DNA of 62,086 nucleotides from Octopus bimaculoides (GCF_001194135.2 NC_068988.1:14357030-14419115), one strand, 5' to 3'; counted from the stretch's first letter, positions 23,976 to 36,872 are shown. Notes: generated by a model from the letters alone, not told the origin. Program-made: numbers and translations.

Positions 23976-25233
23976 CAAAAATATCGGTGATAATAACTGG
24001 GTGGGATCTGTTGTATATTGGAAAGCGTAAAAACGTTCAGAACAAATTAGGTGTATATTTTCCTATCAAGAGGTGAATTACTAGCGCTGTTATTCTGCCG
24101 GTTCGAGTGTATTTCACTCAATACTCAACGTATGTTATTATTCTTAAAAATAATGAATATATTATTTCCTTTCTCTTGATTAAAAAAAAAATAATTAATC
24201 AAGAAGCTCACCGATCAACCATTTGATGGCATTATCGATAAATTCATCCATGTCCATATAAACGGTTATTATGCGATAGTGATAAGGTTACAATTACACA
24301 AACTCACGTATATTACTGGAAATTATTTTATATTCACTTGTGAGAAGTTTCTAAATAAATAAGTGAAAACCATTTGAGTTCAGAGTATATCTATGATCTC
24401 CGTTAACAGAGATAAATCGTTTTGACCTGATAAAGCCATCTTGTATCACATTCCATTATACGTTGATCATGCCATAACATCAGCTTGTAATATTAAGATA
24501 TCACACCTCGTCATGATAAATAACTTTCGACTCTTAAGTATGGTCTACCTTGGAGATAGATCCCTCTCTTAGCTATCAGAATTAAAGAAAAACGACAAAA
24601 GTAACAAAGAAAAACAGGCAGAAAAAATGTTGAGAATTTTCCTCACGGATAACCATTGCGCTCAGCGGAAGAGCTAATCTTTAGACAAGTCACAGAACCT
24701 CATCCGGAAAAGTTAAGCTTGTGTAGAATATGTAAAAGACGACAAGCTATGACGTGAATGGCAGATTATTGAATAGAAAATCCCGTTATATGCATAGAAA
24801 TTATTTTTAGACTGAGGACACAACTTATCATGTATGCATCAACAGTTTCCGTTACATAACTGTGTGTCATGTCATCTTGATCTCTTAATCGATAACCACA
24901 GAAGATTCAACGTTTTTGAAAGAATATACTTTGTTACTGTTTTTCAGTATTTTCTTTCAAGGTAAAAATTATCCGGCATGCATAAATGCGTGGCTCCAAA
25001 GTGATTCCGCATTCGATCCTACAGCACGGTTCCTTGAGCAAGTGTCCTCTTGTGATAGCCCCCGAATGACCAATATCTTGCGTGTAGAATTTAGTGAATG
25101 AAAACTATGCAGAAGCCTGCCTGTCATCGGGTCAGTTTGGTGCAGTGATTCGCACGGTTTATCTTAGAAATGAGGCTCTATTTCCGTTAGCAATCTTACA
25201 AATTTTGCCATTTTCTATTGATAAATTATATAA

Positions 25234-25304
<71 letters not shown>

Positions 25305-25562
25305 GTGTGCATGTTCATGTCCGCCCGCGCATTTATGTTTACTTGTGTAAAATGGTATTGCGTCCTTTTGCACTTAAGCATTTGAAAAAGTGTTCGTTAA
25401 AATATATATAAGATTGAAAGAATTAGATCGTTATGATCGACGAGAAACACTTGAAAGTAGTGATCCAGCATGACCTCAGTCCCATAAAGCAAAGTAAAAC
25501 AAAAGACTAAAATGCGATTCGATTCCTGCCTTCAAAGAAAATGAACAGCAAACTAGTAACAA

Positions 25563-25612
25563 CTAATTGTAAAACATTTCAAATTTCAGTATTCTTTTTT
25601 TTTCTTTTTCAG
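25563..25612 (+). promoter_or_regulatory. Branch point (CTAAT) and polypyrimidine tract / 3' splice site of the receptor exon
   Basis: CTAAT at 25563-25567, then TTCTTTTTTTTTCTTTTTCAG ending at 25612. A second TTTCAG ends at 25589. Confidence 0.7.
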
Positions 25613-25731
25613 CTTGTTCGTTTACGTTGAAGTTCAATGCCATAAACATGTACGGAGACAAAATAAAATGTCTCGAGTTTTAGACAAAATGTTGGAGGGT
25701 TATGACAAGCGTTTGCGGCCAGGATTCGGTG
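25613..25731 (+). CDS. Internal coding exon (119 nt, probably exon 2) of a Cys-loop ligand-gated anion channel, GABA-A receptor-like subunit
   Basis: Translation LFVYVEVQC-HKHVRRQNKMSRVLDKMLEGYDKRLRPGFG(G) matches the N-terminal helix and YDxRxRPxxGG motif of GABA-A/GRD/LCCH3-type subunits. Acceptor is a polypyrimidine tract plus CAG ending at 25612. Donor G|GTAAGC starts at 25732 (phase 1), the intron position known after RLRPDFG-G in vertebrate GABA-A beta genes. Subtype cannot be fixed from 39 residues. Confidence 0.88.
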
Positions 25732-25737
25732 GTAAGC
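25732..25737 (+). promoter_or_regulatory. 5' splice donor GTAAGC
   Basis: Near-consensus donor exactly where similarity to Cys-loop receptors ends. Confidence 0.85.
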
Positions 25738-26099
25738 AATATCTTCCATTTTCATTCTGGTTTATCTCGTGTATGTGTGTGTCTGTGTTTCGAATGTGTA
25801 TGAGGAGGAGAACTGAAGCATGTGAAGTTCGATTAAAACAATATAACACCTACTACAAGAGGTGCTCAGCAATGTCATATTTGTACAAAGCGTGTAAGTC
25901 CCAAGCAAGATTGAAAAGCCACGTCCATATTGTTCGTGTTTAAAAAAAAAAATCAAGTCGAATTCCAGCCATCATTTCGATTCTACATTACATCTTTTAG
26001 TAATTTTCATTAACACTGACTTACGATTGTTGTTGCTGTTGTTGCTACTGTTTTGTTGTTGTTATTATTGTTGATTACCTCCAAATTATTTCTGATCAA

Positions 26100-26290
26100 T
26101 TTAACATATTATCAAAGGCATTCCAGCTGCTACGACCACCCCGTCTTTTTCTCCACCCATAGTACATCTAGAACCGCATTACCCAAATGTGCTTATTCTT
26201 TTCTTAAGACACTCTGACGAAATTTGATGAAGATTTGTTTACGATCCTATCCTGACAACTATGTCAGTCTCTGTCGATGCTAACAGCGAG
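26100..26290 (+). repeat. Unclassified interspersed repeat (related copies at about 47380-47520 and 57950-58140)
   Basis: Shared AAAGGCATTCCA.CT (26114 and 47382), CCGTCTTT, and GATTTGA.G..GATTT...CT.TTTCTAG blocks. Confidence 0.45.
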
Positions 26291-26853
26291 GACATTAAAC
26301 TTGACAGTTGTAATTAATTGATGTTTAGAGACCACGAAATATTTCTCTCATTGACACATGATAAAACAACAGTTTAAATACACGCGATCACGCTATTCTT
26401 GAGCCATGTCTGGCTAATAGAAGCTGCAATCAACAATGGATACGTACTAACTATATTAATGATATCGTTACCGCTCTACCTTACACATGTGTCATCTATC
26501 AGATCAGTGCGATAAAGCCAATAATCGACCACTGATGAAGTCCGGATTTGAGATAGATGGCGATGGTCTACAGCGGCAGTAATTTAGTTCACCTGAGAGC
26601 TTAGTAATTTCAAATACAGTGAAGAACGATAAAAATAATGTATCGAGTTGTTACCTTTTGCACGTAACGAAACCACGTTCTCGCGATCGTGAATGCAACA
26701 GTCTAACCACTAGACTACACACCTTCACGAATGAAACAAAACGTAGGGAAAAAAGATATTATCGATGCATTAGAATAATATTTTCAGAAGAACTAAAATG
26801 GATAAAGAAGTATTACTATGCATAAATGTCCCAATTGTAACTCATATTTATAG

Positions 26854-26928
<75 letters not shown>

Positions 26929-27333
26929 TGCGCGTGCATGTGAATGAAAAAAGACGACAAAATTAAACGATTATCCTATGAAGTTGCGGTAGACTTCCTG
27001 ATAGCTCAGTGGCTGAATAAAACCTTACAGAGCCTCAAACATGAATTACAATTTATTTGCGAACACAAATTACTGCACTGCGCATGACTAACGCTTCGTT
27101 CAGAAGCATATGTATATTGAGTTCCATACCAAGTTATTAGTATCGAAATTCCTAAGAGAAATATTAAAACGATATTTGTGTGTGTGTCCAAATAATAAAT
27201 CAGATTATAAATACTTCCATTTATATGAGACACAGCTGGAAGGAGGGCACTTATATGTGCTTTAATATATATATATATATAAATATATATATAGCGAGAG
27301 AGAGAGAGAGAGGGGGGAGAGGGAGATATGCGC

Positions 27334-27370
<37 letters not shown>

Positions 27371-30116
27371 TGTAAGTCATAACTTGCATTCATGTAAGAA
27401 ACACCACCGGTGCTTTAAAGTTTCTAAAGAAAAGTAATTTAAGAAATCTCAGTTATTTCTCTCTTAATCATTGCAGCTTAGTTAATAAAGTGCTATTTTA
27501 CTATGAGATATTAGCTTTCTGTTGCTGTGATAATTACATCAACCTTAAGAGTATTCATATAACTGTTTACTGAAGACGCTTCCTAGAGTTTTCACCAATT
27601 ATTTTGGCTCTGACGCCGAATGAATGTAATATAAATCCAAGGGATATCGTGCTATTGATATTTGTTACATTCACCTGACAATCCTATTTCCAAACAGTGG
27701 GTCTGTATACAATTTAAATACTAACCAATCCTCTGGCGAAAATATTTTAGAGAAACACGCAGGCATATGCACACACGCACATTCCACATACACATACACA
27801 CGCACTACGTGCGCTTCACACAAGCAGGCGTACATACATATACACATATGTTGGTACACAATCAGAAATGAATGGTTTTGTATTATATAATGATGTGCGG
27901 CAATAGAAGTGCTGCTGTCTTAGTACCGAAAAAGAACCTCCCATTAAACCGAATAATCTCCGACCAATCACTTCTGACTGGCAATGAACCAATTCGGGGG
28001 TTAACTTGTTATCTTTATCGCTATAAATGTCATATTTGTTACTTCGGAAATAACATACCAGTTACGATATATANNNNNNNNNNNNNNNNNNNNNNNNNNN
28101 NNNNNNNNNNNNNNNNNNNNNNNNNNNNNNNNNNNNNNNNNNNNNNNNNNNNNNNNNNNNNNNNNNNNNNNNNNNNNNNNNNNNNNNNNNNNNNNNNNNN
28201 NNNNNNNNNNNNNNNNNNNNNNNNNNNNNNNNNNNNNNNNNNNNNNNNNNNNNNNNNNNNNNNNNNNNNNNNNNNNNNNNNNNNNNNNNNNNNNNNNNNN
28301 NNNNNNNNNNNNNNNNNNNNNNNNNNNNNNNNNNNNNNNNNNNNNNNNNNNNNNNNNNNNNNNNNNNNNNNNNNNNNNNNNNNNNNNNNNNNNNNNNNNN
28401 NNNNNNNNTATATATATATATATATATATATGCGTATATTTATGCATATATGATAGATCCACACGTAAATACCTATATATCTGTATTATATAGATATGTG
28501 CCTGTGTGGAGACACACATGTAATATGCCTTCATATATTATGTGCCAGCGCGCGCGCACACACACACACATACAAACACACATACAAACACATTGAACAA
28601 CTCTAGAATTTGTTAACATACAATCTTCATACAAACTACTTTATACAAGCATTTGTCGTAGGCAAAATTTCGTTCATTGCAATCTTTTTAATTCTGCTAA
28701 ATATAAACCCGCCAACGTAACAAGTTCAATTTCTTCTCAATAACACTCTTAGGTTTTCTTTGGTAGACAACGTAAAGCAAAATGTAATCTCCTGCTAACA
28801 TGTTTTTAATCATCTCTCATAGCTACCCCGTATCAGTTATGCTGTTAATACCCTTGGGAACAGCATGAACATCATTCTTTCGAATCCATTTACTGAAACC
28901 ACTGTTGTGCACCAAGTGATAAAAAGACCATTATATATACATTTATTATTATTAAATAATATATCAATCGTTAAGTGATTATCGTTTAAATGTAATGAAT
29001 TGCTTTTAGCTATCAGTGTAATATGGCGAGATAAAGAAGTAAAGTATCTTAAAATGTTACTATACTTCCTCTTGTTATTGGAATGTTAATTCTGTTATCT
29101 TAAAGACTAATTTACTCTTTGACTATTTCTACACTTCCACACCTACACCTACAAGTGTGCATCATTGTACGTTTACTAAGTGATACTCTCATTACTAACA
29201 TAGCATATATATTGAAGTTTATGCTTCGCTGAGGATTTGAAATAATTACGAAACACAATTTGCCTCCCGTACAAAGCAATGTCAGACTTTAAAAACATGG
29301 GCTGAGATCAGTCGATTTGTTCGACTGACCCTACAAGGCACTGCTCAAGTATGGAGGCAGCCCAATAACTGAAACAAATAAAAATAATAGACATATAACG
29401 TTCATAAATGTTCTCAACGGTTTTTAAAAAGTATTAATGTGTAAATATGAGATTAATAGACTGGATAACTTAACAGCATTTCAAATACCCGCTGTAGACG
29501 CATTTCTTTTATGAATCAATTAAAAATAGTGTTAATATTAAATGCCCATACCATCCCCTAAATACAAGCATATTTCATGAGCTAAAATTTCATTTATCAA
29601 AATTTTATTCCTCAAAGTTCGATAAATGTACACCTTTAATATTTTAACTATATATTAATTTTTTTGTTCTTTTTTTACCATTCATAAATAAAATCGTCAA
29701 TGATGATACTAAAAGTAAACACGTCGTTTAAAAGGTATGATGCTGTGGAATTGTCTGATATAAAATCTCTTCACGGATTTGTGTCAATCGAAGCGAGATA
29801 AATCGTTGCTGCAGTGACTCACGAGAACGACAAATGCGTTTCTCTTTGGCTGAAGCTTGCGATACTATGCACTTAGTTATCATCTATCCAAACGAAACGT
29901 CTTCGACATGTAGGAAACGGGGAATACAAGCATTTACTGGTTTGGCGAAAGCTTCCCAAGCTGTAGAAACAATTTGTATATACAACTGAAACAGCGTTAC
30001 ATTAAAATCACCATCTATGCCTCATACTAAATGGATACACATCGTTCTAAACATGATACTGTTAAATTATTTGAGATAGACTCTCTTCAGAGACTTGTTG
30101 GTTTAAAAACAATAAA

Positions 30117-30160
<44 letters not shown>

Positions 30161-32716
30161 GGGAGAATGTACGAAAAAAACAACAACAGACGAGGACAGG
30201 TGGTGTAAACAACAAAAGGATGTATTAGTATGACGCTCGGGAATACGGAAAGTATTTAGCGTTTCGAGCTACGCTCTTCAACAGAAAGAATACGGTGACA
30301 AGGAGAAAAACACGGAGAAAAAAAATTGAATAGTGTTCAGTCAGCGGTCAATCATAGTAATATATATATATAGGCTTCAAATTTTGGTACAAAGCCACCA
30401 ATTTCGGGAGAGGGTTCAATCGATTGCATCGACCTCGGTACTCAAAGTCTACCTTAGCAGAATTTGAACTCAGAACGTAAAGACGGATGAAATGCCGCAA
30501 AGCATTTTAGATGCTTAAAAGGAATGTATTCTTCGATGCAAAGGTAATAATGAATAAAACACTCCATGGTATTGCAAAATGCTGCTGAGTAGAAAAATTC
30601 GCTATACGCAGCTGAAGCAAGTTTAAATTAAAATTTGTTATCTCTATGTCATACTAAATGTATAAACACAATTAGAAGGCATGAAACTGCAGAATTGTCT
30701 GAGGTAAAAGTTCTTCATCTTTGTGATTTGGGGTTAACACAATTGGGTTGATGTAATCAACTTGCAGCCTCCACCGAAATTGTTGGCCGCATACCAAATT
30801 TGAAACCAATCTTCCGGATATGGCGGATCTTCGCCGCTCAACAATGAGGATTCAGCTGTTCGATCAACCGAATGATCTTTTGAATAATCGTATAAAAGGG
30901 TTACGCATCTCACAGAAACACCGTGTCTCCTTAACGTAATTCTCTGGCATAATATGTGTGATACAATAAGTGACAATACGTACTATGCTTTTGTCGATCC
31001 TACAGGTTAACCGAAGCTATGAAAAATTAAATTAGCCCAAGAGACCACAGAGTATGATCGAACTCGCAACCATGTGGCTATAAAGAGTACTTCAAAACCA
31101 TTCTATCGTATTGCACCTACATAAAGAAATATGCGTGTTCTTTAGAATTTGAATTTCGTTTTCCATCAGTACAAAACCGGCCACACTTTTGTAAGCAAGG
31201 CAAATACACTGTGACTTAGGATCAGCGTAAATGAAACGAATGGGCTCAACTGGAAATAAAAATTGCTTCATAAATTTAAAATTACTGAGGGCTTACATCG
31301 TGCTCTACTGCATCTACCACGTACAGAATAAAGATCAGTTACTGAACTGCTGAATATGCATTGAAACTGAGAATATATACTGCATATATGTGTATATATA
31401 TAAGTGGGTGTGTGCATCGGTATGCGCGCGTAACTGTGTACGTCTATGTATTATAGATCTAATATGTATATATACATATATATAATATACAATGTATATA
31501 ATATACAATATATATTTATATATATTATATTTTATGTGTGTGTGTATAAGCATTATATATTATACCTTTAATTATCTATATATGTTACATAAGATATTAT
31601 TTATGTTACACACACACGTCTATATATGCATGTTTTACAGAGTAGGATCTTTTAGTTTCGTACTACATATCTAAAGAGTTCCTTGAAGCTGTTATTTCTT
31701 TTAGGCAATTTACATACTACCTTTAGCTATGGAATTTGTTTAAGATTCCTTTCAGTGTACCTCTTAACCAGCCATCCAGCTTCCTTCCCTCCCCCTCCTT
31801 CCCTCTCTCTCTATCTATCTATGTATCTATCTATCTCATATATACTTCATGCAAGTATATAAGCATATATATACTTATATGCTTATATATAGAGAGATAT
31901 AAACACAAGCGCATACACACATGTATATATATATATAGCTTTCTCAAGAATATGAACATCATTTTTCAATATTCGTAATGTCGATGCTTTCGTCTTCAAA
32001 GCCTAACTAATAATTTGTTTGAGAAATTTACAAGTATGCTATAAAAACATATTCCCAATTCAGTTATTCAATATTATATTTTTTCCCCAAGAAACAAATC
32101 AAATTTATACATTCACACAAGATCATTTTTCTTTTTATATTTTTAATATAATTTTTATAATATGATTATTATCAATCAATATTCTGTTCCATTTATATAT
32201 TCCAAAATATACAACTTTTGTTCGGATTTCATTTGCTTTATTTATTTATTCATTTATATATTTCGTGGATTTTCTTTGTTTTTATTTATTTATTTTTTTT
32301 CATTTCATGTGTAATAAAAATGATATCCGGCCATAAATTGCATTCTGTAATAAATTTATTGTCGAACTTAATGTTTCTAAGTGAAGAAGATACTCAGAGT
32401 TTCCGAGCAATTTTTAAGCCATTTGCTATTTAAATAGTGAGATATTCTGAGTGATTGCTATCAAAAGGGAAAAAACAACCATTAGATTAGTAATCAAGAA
32501 ACTTTTAATGCATCCAAGTTTTAATAACCCATATACTAAAATCGCCGAGATGGCAGAATCGTTAGCACGACGCGTAAAAATATTTAACGACATCTTGTCT
32601 ATCATTACGCTCGCAGTTCGAATTTCGCCGATGTCGACTTCGCTTTATTTTATTTATTTCTTTTTTTAATCTTCCTCCGAAATTTCTAGCCTTGCGCCAA
32701 ACTTTGGCACCAATAA

Positions 32717-34000
32717 CACTGGACAACAAAAAAAAATTTCAGCTGATTCAGGATAATTCAGAATCCGAATATGACATCAGTTTTCAGACAGCACGTGTAG
32801 TTTTTTAGCTATTCACAGCATCAGATTTTCCAACCAATTGATAATAGTAGGCTATTTGCTTTCACTTTTCATTCATATACTCATCACTGAAATAAAATAC
32901 ATGCTGATAGAGGGAAATGTAGGCTATCTGTTACATTGCCACCCAAGATGAGAATTTCTTTTACTTTGTTATCGCTGTAATTATAGTAAAAATTCTCTTC
33001 ACAGTAGGTTATTGATATTAGGTTATAGTAAGCCACTCAGACTCCCTTTTCTTGATAACTGCTGGTGCTGTTAAAACAAAGTACATCAAATAAGAGAGCC
33101 AGGTTATATGAAAAGTAGTTTAGTAGTAAGTTTAGTTAATTATTAAAGTGTTATATGTTTGAAATTTAGAGATGGAAAAAAAATGTTTCGTGATAGCCAT
33201 AACTTCAGTACATTCTATAATAATTTCAATGATTTTTTTTTTTTTTGAGAAATATATTTTGATATTTTATAGTAGCATTTACTGTTAATTAAATTTATAT
33301 TTTAGTTTACTGATAGGCTTCCTTGAGTGTTGATTTAGGTTATTACTGTATGTATTTATGATGAGCAGAAAAATTTGTGTTAATCACCTGGACAGCTTTT
33401 GTTACGTGTGTGGAAAATTTACGCCAAAAGATCAGAGAAATAAGCTTACAAAGAAATTTTTTAATGATTACAAGCTTTTCTTTGGGTGTAAAGTTGGAGA
33501 CCAGGATAAAATGTGGGCGCCTCATGTTTGTTGCAAAAACTGCTACATAGCACTAACCCAATAACTGAATGGTAAACGGAAAAGTGTGCCATTTGCAGTA
33601 CCAATGATATGGCGCGAACCTACAAACCACTACACCGATTGTTATTTCTGTTTAACTAACATCACAGGTTTCTCTAAGAAGAAAAAATCCAAGATTGTTT
33701 ATCTAGATTGCCCTTCAGCTTTAGAAACCAGTTGCTCATGCTGCTGAAAATATTCCAATTCCAGAACCTCCTTCATCTTTTGACAAAGATAGTTCAAGTG
33801 AAGAAAGTACTGCATCTACTTCAACTGAAGGCGTGCCGAATGATACAGCAGATCACTGTGATGAACCAGGATCTTCAAAACATGTTCCTCATTTATTAAG
33901 TCAACTTGAGTTAAATGATTTAGTTAGAGACTTGGGTTTAACAAGGTTGAAACAATGGAATCTTTTACTCGATGGTGTAAAATGCTTGTATTTTCGAAAA
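32717..34000 (+). mobile_element. 5' part of a Chapaev3-like (CMC superfamily) DNA transposon, transposase disrupted
   Basis: Starts TAA|CACTGGACAACAAAA. From 33361: MSRKICVNHLDSFCYVCGKF...FFGCKVGDQDKMWAPHVCCKNC...[36 protein letters not shown]...[frameshift]...LSQLELNDLVRDLGLT/RLKQWNLL. Family assignment is from recalled consensus motifs. Confidence 0.7.
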
Positions 34001-34002
34001 TG

Positions 34003-34117
34003 ACAATGAGTGTGTGAATCTGAGTGTGAAATGTTTTGATTAAAATCATAATTAACTGATCCCCCTGCATTTTCTTTTAGCCAGAGCCAGGAACTTCTCA
34101 TCCCACCCTCCTCGTGT
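34003..34117 (-). mobile_element. Mariner-type terminal fragment abutting the truncated Chapaev element
   Basis: Minus strand reads TACACGAGGAGGGTGGGATGAGAAGTTCCTGG...ATCAGTTAATTATGATTTTAATCAA...CTCAGATTCACACAC, resembling a mariner TIR and 5' UTR. Chapaev similarity stops here. Confidence 0.5.
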
Positions 34118-34954
34118 ATTTATATATATATACGGTGGCCTTCAACACAGTTTCCGTCGAATTCACTTAAACTGGGACTGTAGTTAACGACACTTGCCCA
34201 AAGTACTGCGCTGTGAGACTGAGCCAAAAACCACGTGGTTACAAAGCACGATTTCAAAAGGATTCGAACTCAGATTTCAGAGAGTCAAAACAAATGCCGC
34301 GAAGCATTCTGTCCGAAGCTCTACTGACTCTGTAAGTTAAATACATGTATCGGAGTAAAAACTGTGAGCTTACAATGACATTTGAAATTAAGCTGATTAC
34401 TACAACATTTTTTTGCGTTTGTTTAATCAATATTAATCCAAACTTTTCAGAATAGAGTGGTTTATAACGAACCTAAATCCTTGATTACCTGTTCTTGGCG
34501 TGGTATAGTTATTTTGTTTAAATATTTACGATTAAGATTATCTGAAGCAAGCATTTAAGGTAATAGCGCTTTGAATGAAGAAGAAAAATGAGAGAAGTTG
34601 CTACATTAGTGATTTGCCTGAGTCACGTAACCTTCATTAACTTTTATTCTTTTCCTAATGGAATTGTAATAGAAAAATCATGAAGAATAAGCAACGTTGA
34701 TGAAGAAGCCTGAATCTAGACAAATTTCCTGGCAGTGATTTGATGGAGGTGAAAGTTAAGTTTATCGTAATGTAGGTTACAGAAGATAGCTAACAATTGT
34801 TTCTAACAAACAGAATACCTGAACTTTGGGGAGTCAACAGATTACATGCCACCCCAACACACACACACACACATACATGCACGTAACTTTATCGAAGCTC
34901 AAAAAATGAAAGGGAAAGTTGACCTCATAACAAAAGTAGCCAGAAGAAACAATG

Positions 34955-35752
34955 GTTTCAAGTTTTGGCACAAGGGTAGCAATTTTTAAGGATCGGGTGT
35001 AAGTCGATTACAACGACCATAGTATTTGACTGTGTTTTATCGCTTTCGAAATGATAAAACACAAAGTTGACCTCGGCGAGATTGGAATCAGACCGTAAAG
35101 AACCAGACGAAATGCCTCTAAACATTTTGTGCGACGCGCTAACTATTTTGCCAACTCGCCACCTTGTCCAAAAGAGATACCATAGACATTGTGTAAGAAT
35201 ATTGTCTCATAGCCCCATTGATGTTGGCAGCCATTCCTCATGGCATTGTCAATATGTAATATTTCAAAGGCGGCGAGCTGGCAGAAACGTTAGCACGCCG
35301 GGCGAAATGCTTAGCGATATTTCGTCTGTCATTACGTTCTGAGTTCAAATTCCGCCGAGGTCGACTTTGCCTTTCATCCTTTCGGGGTTGATAAATTAAG
35401 TATCAGTTGCGTACTGGAGTCGATGTAATCGAATGGCCTCCTCCCCCCAAATTTCCAGCCTTATGCCTAGAATAGAAAAGGATATGTAATATTCCAGGTG
35501 TGAACAGTGTAGTTTCTCTCGTTACCTTAAAACTACAGAAGAACCGTTTGTTTTATATAATGGTCTTAAATTTTGGCACAAGGCCTGAAATTTTAGGGGA
35601 GGGAGTAAGTCGATTACAACGACCCCAGTGCTCAACTTGTACTTATTTTTCCGACCATGAAAGGTAAAAGATAAAGTCGATCCCGGCAGAATTTGAACTG
35701 CGAGCGTAAAGAGTCGGAAAAAATGCTGCAAAGTATTATTCCGGCGATCCAA
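34955..35752. mobile_element. Cluster of three SINE family C copies in -,+,- orientation
   Basis: 34955-35165 (-), 35266-35482 (+, well conserved), 35565-35752 (-). Confidence 0.85.
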
Positions 35753-36569
35753 TAGTTCTCATTGCTGCGAATTTTAAATAGTATCATTTAAAGCTTTAGG
35801 AAACCCAATGCACGTCCTGAAAACAACATAACATTATTTTTTTGTGTACAAAAATGATTAATAAAACAAGACAGGCCGTAGTTTTCAATACATTTTCCAA
35901 GTTATTTATTAAAACTTATTATGCGAAGTGCGCAAGTACTGTTTCGTTTGATCTGTACTACTACTACTACCACAAAAGACCCGAGAAAACTGAGAGCCAT
36001 TTCTCCGTTTTGACATCAGAACCGCTTGACAGTAAGTTCTCGGCGAACCAATATTGATATGCGTCGACCGTCAAATGTAGTCATTATATTTCTTTTGTAT
36101 TGCTAAGTCTTCAACATAATATGATTCCATTCCATTCTCCTACAAATCTAAGCAACATTGCAGGTGCGAGGAATGTGAACTATTACACAAAGCAATGCTG
36201 GATTGAGGAATGGAAACGCATTGCATAATTCATAAGAGATGAATTATTCATAAGTCTAATGGTTACTACTCTGGGAATTTCATTTCGATTCTATGTTAAA
36301 ATTGATTTCACTGATGTCGCTAATTCTTTTTATTAAATCCCGAGCGCCAAAACCTCTTTGCGTGGTTTTGATCCATGTAAATTATTATTTGATGGATAAA
36401 TGTACAGAAAGACATCCGAACTCACTAAGGTGGGATGAAAATATGGTTTCAATCACCGATTGAAACCATTTTGTTTTACATTGTTAAGAAATCTTGTGAG
36501 GATACAAAGAGCCTTCTACCTATTCAAAATGAGATAATTATTAGAGTGGTCGGTGGAGAGTTATATTTT

Positions 36570-36872
36570 GATTTCGTCGACGAGAGTTCCATTTCATCTG
36601 ATCAACAGAACAGCTTGCTCGTGAAATTAACGTTCAAGTGGCTGACTACACCACAGACACGCATACCTTTAAGATAGTTCTCAGGGAGATATAGCATGAA
36701 ACAGAGTATGACAAGGCTGGTCCATTTGAATTAAATGTACAACTCATTTTTGCCAGCTGAGTGAACTGGAGCAACGTGAAATAAAGTGTCTTATTCAAGT
36801 ATACAAAGCGCCGCCATGAATGGAACTCACGACCTTACAGCCGAATACCTTAACCACTAAGCCACGCTCCTT
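36570..36872 (-). mobile_element. SINE family A, near full length
   Basis: Reverse complement of 48891-49207 including CCTTAACCACTAAGCCACGC. Confidence 0.85.

Noticed and set aside
26526-26570. GACCA-CTGATGA...GAGA...TGGTC apparent hammerhead
   Set aside because: GAGA instead of GAAA, no UH cleavage triplet, and a poor stem II.
30258-30284. Minus-strand TTGAAGAGCGTAGCTCGAAACGCT, hammerhead-like, in a PLE-like repeat (about 30160-30340)
   Set aside because: C3 and U16.1 are mutated and there is no contiguous stem I. At best a dead remnant.
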